Of a stretch of 64,000 nt of DNA, positions 57,764 through 64,000 are shown one piece after another. This DNA is from a virus (taxonomy: Duplodnaviria > Caudoviricetes): IMG/VR virus record IMGVR_UViG_3300034375_009028; one strand, 5' to 3'. Position 1 is the first letter of the stretch; each line of letters opens with the position of its first letter. The notes beneath the pieces are model-generated. The model saw only the letters and a program-made list of their open reading frames with translations. It did no database searches and was not told the origin of the DNA. The translations under genes and the position numbers were made by a program.

Positions 57764-58200
57764 TTTGCATAGAGATAAGAACCTGCCCAGTCAGCGTGCT
57801 CAAACAACCACTCACGTTGCTCAATCAATCGCAGGTCATAACGAACACCTTTGGCAGGTGACTTGATGCTGGCAGGTTTATACACTTCACCAGTCTTCTT
57901 ATCAACAAAAGCATGAACAGATCGAGAACCATTAGCACTCATCATGATTTTGTGATACTTACGTCCACTCTCAACAGTGAACTCATAACCACACTGACCA
58001 TTGCGAAGATCTTGAATGCAGGCAATGTGGTAGTGAGCGTTCTCACCACGCACCACACTGCGATTATGTGCTTTGATGCTGTAATCAATGTAGTTCTTCA
58101 GCAGAGCATCACACAGCATATAGCACCACTTTGTAACATTCAGTTGGATGGTGTTGCGGGCATCCTGCTGGGAAGCGTAGTCAGCGAAGGTGGCAGTCAT
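57760..58200 (-). CDS. Conserved T4-like hypothetical (RKYHKI...SVHAFVDKKTGEVYKPAS)
   Basis: 146-aa ORF with its own promoter. Confidence 0.8.
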   Translation of the reverse strand: MTATFADYASQQDARNTIQLNVTKWCYMLCDALLKNYIDYSIKAHNRSVVRGENAHYHIACIQDLRNGQCGYEFTVESGRKYHKIMMSANGSRSVHAFVDKKTGEVYKPASIKSPAKGVRYDLRLIEQREWLFEHADWAGSYLYAK

Positions 58201-58222
58201 GGGGTTGATTGCGTATGAGACT

Positions 58223-58278
58223 ATTATAAGGGGTCTCCATTGGTTTGGAGACCCTCAGTGGTCAGTCTTTAAACTGGG
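58223..58278 (-). promoter_or_regulatory. Early promoter: upstream box, GGGTCTCCA-aaccaa-TGGAGACCC palindrome, -10 TATAAT
   Basis: Direct reading. Confidence 0.75.
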
Positions 58279-58687
58279 CGAACCCAGTTCCAGAGTTCCA
58301 TCCACCAGGACCACTCTGGAACATCTCAGATCCTCCACCAAGTTCAGGCATAGGATCAAGTTGAGTGGTAGTGTTACCACCATTTGTTGCCATTTGATAC
58401 ATCACCTCATGAATGTTATCAACTTCTACAGTAATACTATTAGGAGTAGAATTGTTATGATGTTCGACATGAATGTTGTTTTCATGTTGATCAAGGTACT
58501 CTTGACCCTTTTCAGTAATGATCGGAGGTTCAAACCATGGATCATATGGAGCAATTACAGGTGCAGGAACACCCACATATGGTTCTGGTTCTGGAATTGA
58601 TTTGAGTTCTGTACAATCAACTACTTTATCGTCGATTGTACAAGTTACTTCTTCTTTTTTAAAAGGTTTGAGAATCATAAGAATCAA
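58262..58687 (-). CDS. Hypothetical low-complexity protein
   Basis: 141-aa ORF. Confidence 0.65.
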   Translation of the reverse strand: MILMILKPFKKEEVTCTIDDKVVDCTELKSIPEPEPYVGVPAPVIAPYDPWFEPPIITEKGQEYLDQHENNIHVEHHNNSTPNSITVEVDNIHEVMYQMATNGGNTTTQLDPMPELGGGSEMFQSGPGGWNSGTGFAQFKD

Positions 58688-58693
58688 AGCAAT

Positions 58694-58867
58694 TTAATTA
58701 TATCCCATGCCAGTAAGAATGGCACGTCGAGCACCCATTGCTACAAACTCATTTGGGAAGGTGCCAATTTTAATCCAATCTTCTTTCCAGTACAATGCCC
58801 ATTTGGTGCTTCCCCAAACCGCCTTAACTGCGATAGGATTGTCAATGCCCAATGGATAGGGTTTCAT
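58694..58867 (-). CDS. 57-aa hypothetical (MKPYPLGIDNP...)
   Basis: Manual translation. Confidence 0.65.
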   Translation of the reverse strand: MKPYPLGIDNPIAVKAVWGSTKWALYWKEDWIKIGTFPNEFVAMGARRAILTGMGYN

Positions 58868-58891
58868 GGTTGTTTTATTGGAACACAGTAA

Positions 58892-59275
58892 TTATACCAC
58901 AGGATCAGCATTTAGGTAATACCCCTTCCAATCAGCAACTCTTATGCATTGATCAATGTCCCATGATAAATTCTTATTTGGATAACCATTTGAGTTTGGT
59001 TTATAAACTGTTCCAGTATCACTGTCTATGACAGCATGTAGAATGTGTCCATCTTCATTATAGTGATAAATTCTATAATATTTTGTTCCTGAAGTATCAA
59101 GCAAAAATGAACCCAAATCAAGATTTTTATTGAGTTGCTTCTTTCTCAATTTAACTTCAAGAGTCTCACCTTCTGCTTGTTCTTTTCTACTCAATATAAA
59201 CTTAGTTTGATTTCTATAGTGTGAAGTCAATTTCAAACAAAGCAGACCAGATTTGTTGAGAACATTTGAGTTCAT
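58892..59275 (-). CDS. Hypothetical protein, distant paralog of 57760-58200
   Basis: KYYRI...LHAVIDSDTGTVYKP...ADWKGYYL versus KYHKI...VHAFVDKKTGEVYKP...ADWAGSYL. Confidence 0.7.
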   Translation of the reverse strand: MNSNVLNKSGLLCLKLTSHYRNQTKFILSRKEQAEGETLEVKLRKKQLNKNLDLGSFLLDTSGTKYYRIYHYNEDGHILHAVIDSDTGTVYKPNSNGYPNKNLSWDIDQCIRVADWKGYYLNADPVV

Positions 59276-59303
59276 TTTCTTTATGCTTTACTGTATGTAC
59301 TAT

Positions 59304-59525
59304 TTAATCTATAGTTGGTCCCCAAGCACCAGAATCTCCTGGTTTACGATTCTCAAGTTTATCCAAAAGAGAATCTGTAGTCATGATCGTATCAATTTTA
59401 CCAATCATATCTGCTATACAAACACATACCATTGGTCGTTCTTGTCTAGCAGCAAATGCAAGTGCGTTGCGAAGTGATTGATTTGCCTCCTTTAGAGACT
59501 CTTCTACAGATTTTGATAATGCCAT
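59304..59525 (-). CDS. Hypothetical protein
   Basis: 73-aa ORF. Confidence 0.75.
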   Translation of the reverse strand: MALSKSVEESLKEANQSLRNALAFAARQERPMVCVCIADMIGKIDTIMTTDSLLDKLENRKPGDSGAWGPTID

Positions 59526-59543
59526 AATAATTAAGTAATAATT

Positions 59544-60710
59544 TTAAATAAACCAAGTAACGATAGAGTATCTAATACCCTCAAGAACTTTCATTATTTC
59601 ATGTGGATACATGAAGTTTGAGGGGAACACTATTACAGATCCTGGTGCTGTTCTAATTTGAATTTCCCTATCAAAGAATGCCATCTCACCACCAATATAA
59701 TCATCATTTAGATTGATTGACATTGATAGTGTTCTTGGATTTGCTTTGTAACTATCGGTATGTTGTCGGTAGAATCCACCAACGTTATACCTTAAAAGAT
59801 CATATCCACTATCTGATTCTAGTGTAAGAGTTGGGAATTCGTCAACATATTTTTTTGCTGCAATAAATGACTTCTTAAATAACAAATCATCAATACTTTT
59901 TCTAACTTCTTGATTATTTGATATTACATCAGGTCGTGATACATTTAAAATATCACAATTTCTTACTGTCGTAGACTCTTGACCAGTTCCTACCAATGCA
60001 GTTGTCCACTCATCACTATTACAGTATTCTTTAATAATACTGTCACATTCTTCTTTAGTAAGAATGTCATCATAGACTCTAATAAAGTCAGCAAGTGGAT
60101 TTGTACTTGTAAATACTATTGTTTTCTCTGGTGGTTCTTCTCTTTGTGGTGGTTTAATTGCATCCTCAACGTATTTGTTTTGTTTGCAAAAGTACTTTAA
60201 CTTATGTGGTCCATTGACATTAACGTAATGTAAGAACAACTGAGTGCAATATTCACCATCAAAAGCATCTCTACCATGTCTAGCAATTGTCCCCAGATAG
60301 ATCATTGCATCGCCTGGTTCTAAAGAGACATGAGTTCTTGTATTATCTGGAGATTCAATCCAAATATCCCAAGGTTTATCACAATCAAGGTTCAAGGTCA
60401 AAGATATTTCACATTCACCCTTATCAACATGACCATCTAATACATTACCATTTTGGTATATCCTTGCATAGGAATATGTGGGAAGAACTTGCTCCCCAAC
60501 CAATTGACCCACTTGTGTGTTTTTTTCTACAAGTAACTGTACAAATGGTATATGATCAAACTTAGATACACAACCCTGAACTTGAGGATCATCCTCCAAA
60601 TTATGAGTTTTACTATAATGTTTGAATTCTTCTGCTAATTCTTTTGCCCGTTCCGATGATATAAAATTGGGAATAACTAAGTAATTTTTGTCAATCAATT
60701 GTTGGTTCAT
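59544..60710 (-). CDS. Tandem two-domain 2OG-Fe(II) oxygenase
   Basis: Domain 1 HVD...HGR; domain 2 HTD...HEI...RYSIVTW. Confidence 0.85.
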   Translation of the reverse strand: MNQQLIDKNYLVIPNFISSERAKELAEEFKHYSKTHNLEDDPQVQGCVSKFDHIPFVQLLVEKNTQVGQLVGEQVLPTYSYARIYQNGNVLDGHVDKGECEISLTLNLDCDKPWDIWIESPDNTRTHVSLEPGDAMIYLGTIARHGRDAFDGEYCTQLFLHYVNVNGPHKLKYFCKQNKYVEDAIKPPQREEPPEKTIVFTSTNPLADFIRVYDDILTKEECDSIIKEYCNSDEWTTALVGTGQESTTVRNCDILNVSRPDVISNNQEVRKSIDDLLFKKSFIAAKKYVDEFPTLTLESDSGYDLLRYNVGGFYRQHTDSYKANPRTLSMSINLNDDYIGGEMAFFDREIQIRTAPGSVIVFPSNFMYPHEIMKVLEGIRYSIVTWFI

Positions 60711-60712
60711 AT

Positions 60713-61513
60713 TTAATCAGGAATTTCTGCATTTGGTACATCTTCTTCAGAAGAATCTGATATCAATTCTTCAATTTCTGGAACGATTTGTTCCGTAGGA
60801 TCTTCATCAAAAAGCAATTCTAACTTAAATTCATCTTCTAGTAAAGATAAATCAATACTACTAAAATCATCTGTCAACATCGTTTCCATTAACTCATCAT
60901 CACCATCATCATCATCAAAATTTTCTTCATCAAGTTCAACTTCTTCAATAACATCTTCAAATAGACCAGGATCAACTTCAGCATCAAAGACTACTAAACT
61001 TGGACTATTTTCATCCTCAAAGACAACTTCATTTTCATCGTTTACTTCTTGTACTTTTGGTACTGAATAGAATAAACTTTCATGTGCTTCTGCTATCCTT
61101 CTATGCGCTTCATCTACTTGCCTGTCTGCATCTAATTGTGCTTGCCTTAAAGAATCCTCATGTCTCTGTTGCATTGATTCCATTCTTTCTTCAAGTTCTT
61201 GCATTACTTGTTGCCAAGAACCAACATTATTTGCTTCCTCTTCTTCTTGTCTCCTTTTTGCTTCAAGTTGAAGTTGATGCTCTTCATTAAAATGCTCAAC
61301 ATAACGTGTGAGCATATCCTTAGTTGCTGGAGTATTTGGAACTGGAGAATCGTACTCTACTTCACCAGTTCCTTCAGGTGTTCCATCATCTTTCCATTGA
61401 ATTGCCCACAAATGCTCAATATCAGCAAAAGGCCACTTATCTTCGGGAAAGAATATACCTACACCATCAATACTGATATATCTATCTGCTTCAATTAAAG
61501 TGAACTTCTTCAT
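60713..61513 (-). CDS. Acidic hypothetical protein (possible fibre-associated chaperone N-terminus)
   Basis: ISIDG...LWAIQW...GEVEY N-terminus; very D/E-rich C-terminus. Confidence 0.6.
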   Translation of the reverse strand: MKKFTLIEADRYISIDGVGIFFPEDKWPFADIEHLWAIQWKDDGTPEGTGEVEYDSPVPNTPATKDMLTRYVEHFNEEHQLQLEAKRRQEEEEANNVGSWQQVMQELEERMESMQQRHEDSLRQAQLDADRQVDEAHRRIAEAHESLFYSVPKVQEVNDENEVVFEDENSPSLVVFDAEVDPGLFEDVIEEVELDEENFDDDDGDDELMETMLTDDFSSIDLSLLEDEFKLELLFDEDPTEQIVPEIEELISDSSEEDVPNAEIPD

Positions 61514-61845
61514 TGATCGGAGACCTCTTCTACGTTTGCTTTAAGTATTTTATAATCTTGTGTATTTTGAAGCATTTGTGCTGCGGCAGACAATATATTA
61601 ATATTGTTCTCATTTGCTTTTACCATCTCATTCCTGAATGACTCAACAGCAGAACTTGTAGATCTTTGCTGTTGGGAATTCTCAATCATAAGCATAGGTA
61701 ACCAATTAACTGCACATTGCCACTCATCAACTGGTTCACCAGTGTTAGGATTTACTCCTCTAATTTGAGTATACCAAGAACACTCAATGCCTTTGCATTT
61801 ATCCTGAATCAAAGGACAAAAATCACCCGATTTGATCTGTGCCAT
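61510..61845 (-). CDS. Cys-containing conserved phage protein, typically found next to fibre genes
   Basis: CPL...C...C.W...RG.NPNTGE.VDEW.CA..WLP.L.IEN. Confidence 0.7.
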   Translation of the reverse strand: MAQIKSGDFCPLIQDKCKGIECSWYTQIRGVNPNTGEPVDEWQCAVNWLPMLMIENSQQQRSTSSAVESFRNEMVKANENNINILSAAAQMLQNTQDYKILKANVEEVSDQ

Positions 61846-61880
61846 ATTTTAAAATACATTCAATAAAATTATAACAGTAT

Positions 61881-62516
61881 TTAGTCTATTGAGCAAAGTA
61901 TAACATTAATATATTGCACTTCCATAGCAACAGTAGCACTACTTGCAATATTAGTAAATGTAACAGTTCCACTAAATGGATGTCTATGAGCACCACCTCC
62001 TGTAGACTCAACCATTCCACCAGTGGCAACAGTTCCACTTCTAACTCTTGCACCAGCATTACTAAATGGAGTAGCGTTAGAACCAGATGTTCCCGCAAGT
62101 GTTCCTGTATGTGTGTGATTTGGTATTTGACTTAAAGCAAGAGTTGTATTTCCAACATTGGCAGCAAGTGGAACAGGAATACTTACAGGAAATGTTCCAC
62201 TATAAGTTTGGAATAAATTTGGAGAAGTTCCCCCCAATATTGTACTGAATGATGAACCTAATGTTCCTTGAACTCCACCAGTTCCCCAACTACCACCAGT
62301 AGTTGTGCTGTTTACAACTCTCAAAGCAAGATCATTGATGTTAGTATTAACTGGTCCTGGAGCAGTTGCAGTAGTAACTTGTGTCCATCCAGTTGGAGCA
62401 GATGCCTGATAGAATAGTTTTTTAGTTCCTTGTGGATACAACCAATAATAACTGTTAATAGAATTAGCAGGATCTGCCAGATCAAATTGTATCCCAGTGT
62501 TTGTTAATCTTGCCAT
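61881..62516 (-). CDS. Short tail-fibre/collar-like protein
   Basis: FYQASAPTGWT, ALRVV, TTLALSQIPNHTH, GGAHRHPF. Confidence 0.7.
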   Translation of the reverse strand: MARLTNTGIQFDLADPANSINSYYWLYPQGTKKLFYQASAPTGWTQVTTATAPGPVNTNINDLALRVVNSTTTGGSWGTGGVQGTLGSSFSTILGGTSPNLFQTYSGTFPVSIPVPLAANVGNTTLALSQIPNHTHTGTLAGTSGSNATPFSNAGARVRSGTVATGGMVESTGGGAHRHPFSGTVTFTNIASSATVAMEVQYINVILCSID

Positions 62517-62523
62517 GATACTA

Positions 62524-63063
62524 TCAATTAAAACTGCAGATAATTACATCAATATATTGCAAATTCATATTCATAGTACCAGTACCAGTGGTTGTAAAAT
62601 TTATCTCTCCTGAGAATGGGTGATCATGAGATTGACCGATTGTAGGAGAAACAACACCACCAGTTGCATTTGTTCCTGATATTCTAAACGTGCCCGTTCC
62701 ACCTGCTGCACTAGCAGTTCCACCAGTTAAAGAATCGTGAGTGTGATCTGGAATTTCACTTACAGCAAGAGTATGTCCACCAACAGTACCACTAACTGGA
62801 ACTATTGCACTAAAATTAAGAGTAACTGTTCTAGCAGCATTTGGAAATATTGACGAGAATACAGTAGCACCACCAAATCCACCTCCAGGTCCACTTACAA
62901 CTCTTAACGCTCTATCATTATAAGAGGTATCCTGAGTCCATCCAGTTGGAGCAGATGCTTGAAAAAACACTCCTACAGTACTCTGAGGTATTACATCATA
63001 TTTTGTAGTTAATGACGTACCATCAGGAAATGTTATCCCCGTAGACGTTAATATTGCAGCCAT
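62524..63063 (-). CDS. Short tail-fibre/collar-like protein, paralog of the adjacent gene
   Basis: FFQASAPTGWT, ALRVVSG, HTLAVSEIPDHTH; TATAAATA at 63092-63099. Confidence 0.7.
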   Translation of the reverse strand: MAAILTSTGITFPDGTSLTTKYDVIPQSTVGVFFQASAPTGWTQDTSYNDRALRVVSGPGGGFGGATVFSSIFPNAARTVTLNFSAIVPVSGTVGGHTLAVSEIPDHTHDSLTGGTASAAGGTGTFRISGTNATGGVVSPTIGQSHDHPFSGEINFTTTGTGTMNMNLQYIDVIICSFN

Positions 63064-63106
63064 CTTTTAAATAATAACCTTTTAATATTCTTATTTATAG
63101 ATGCTG

Positions 63107-63460
63107 TTATTCTTTAAACCAAAAACCATCAGCACTCATAGTCCAACCATCAGCAACCATTTCATCATAAGTTTTATTCCTATCAGGTTGCCAGTAGTGC
63201 TCAGACTTCTCAGACTTCTCTTCCAAACACTTACCGTCGTTCTTTTTATACAGTTTACGGCACTTTTTTACTTCTTTTAATTCGTCTTTGATACGTTGAT
63301 ATGATTCTTCTGGAGTAATCTTGCGGGACATTTCCATAGCAATAATCACATCAACTCTTGTTCCAAAGTGCTTTAATGCTTCTTCAAAGCAATTTAGTTC
63401 TTCGTACATTTTATCTGTAGATGTAAGGATCTCTGTTTTTATTTTTAAGTCTTTGAACAA
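63107..63460 (-). CDS. Hypothetical protein
   Basis: 117-aa ORF. Confidence 0.7.
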   Translation of the reverse strand: MFKDLKIKTEILTSTDKMYEELNCFEEALKHFGTRVDVIIAMEMSRKITPEESYQRIKDELKEVKKCRKLYKKNDGKCLEEKSEKSEHYWQPDRNKTYDEMVADGWTMSADGFWFKE

Positions 63461-63492
63461 AATTTCTAATTCTATTCAAAATCTTTTTTATC

Positions 63493-63720
63493 TTATTCTT
63501 CATTTTGTTTTTTATTGAATCCAAATGGTTGATTTTCTATCTCTTTTTGAACGCGAAGTTTTTGTGCTAATCCACAAATTTGTTCCATAGATTTAAGAAC
63601 ATCTTCTGCTTTACATTCCAAACCTTGATCATAAAGATCTTCTTTTACAATAGAAAACAGTTCAAAGAACTGTTTAGATGCTGCTGTTACTTCTTCAGGA
63701 GTCAGTGGTTTGTTGTTCAT
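63493..63720 (-). CDS. Hypothetical protein
   Basis: 75-aa ORF. Confidence 0.65.
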   Translation of the reverse strand: MNNKPLTPEEVTAASKQFFELFSIVKEDLYDQGLECKAEDVLKSMEQICGLAQKLRVQKEIENQPFGFNKKQNEE

Positions 63721-63829
63721 TTGCTTTACTCACAGTTTCATGTAGTTGCTTCAATGCTTCAATAGTTTCTGGGGTCTCTTCCCATTCCCAAGTATCTCCA
63801 GACTTGGTTACAAATTGTCTAGTAGTCAT
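63695..63829 (-). CDS. 44-aa hypothetical (MTTRQFVTKSGDTWEWEET...)
   Basis: Manual translation. Confidence 0.55.
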   Translation of the reverse strand: MTTRQFVTKSGDTWEWEETPETIEALKQLHETVSKANEQQTTDS

Positions 63830-63858
63830 AAATCCCAATCATTGACAAATCAATTTTA

Positions 63859-64000
63859 TCACAAACTCATAGATTCTGCAATATACTTTGCAATCTTCTC
63901 ATTAGTAACAGTTCCAGAATGAACACAATCTCTTGCAGAATCAACCTTCTTAATAAACTTACATTCTGGTATTATATTCTTATTTGACGGGAATAATGTA
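63859..64000 (-). CDS. 3' end of an ORF; DxARDxxHxG suggests an SGNH-hydrolase-like C-terminus
   Basis: Manual translation ...VDSARDCVHSGTVTNEKIAKYIAESMSL*. Confidence 0.45.
   Translation of the reverse strand, partial: TLFPSNKNIIPECKFIKKVDSARDCVHSGTVTNEKIAKYIAESMSL

Overview
64 kb of a T4-like myovirus genome, most likely a cyanomyovirus. The host is inferred from gene order, NATAAATA late promoters and the style of the small early genes; no photosynthesis genes lie in the window. 0.2-3.7 kb (+): two tandem cobalamin-binding radical SAM genes. 3.7-40.9 kb (-): virion module gp25-gp6-gp7-gp8-giant structural protein-gp13-gp14-gp15-gp16-(internal/head-type ORFs)-gp17-gp18-gp19-gp20. 41-59.5 kb (-): dense small early/middle genes, each with a sigma70-type promoter and GC-rich palindromes, interspersed with four GT11-like glycosyltransferases. 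59.5-64 kb (-): a double 2OG-Fe(II) oxygenase and short tail-fibre-like genes. Best-supported hidden signals: (1) a complete dnaX/IS-type -1 ribosomal frameshift (internal SD, A_AAA_AAG, 3' hairpin) at 12270-12325 that fuses two separately called ORFs, backed by an internal paralogous domain crossing the junction; (2) an oriC-like element at 49.6-49.8 kb (antisense promoter, GATC/AT-rich tract, three DnaA boxes at an exact 21-bp period); (3) a perfect 30-bp inverted repeat built of nested 12-7-12 palindromes; (4) palindrome-embedded early promoters, a G-quadruplex at an antisense promoter, and a repeated ATCTCGTCGAGAT palindrome. All homology calls come from motif recognition by eye, not database searches.
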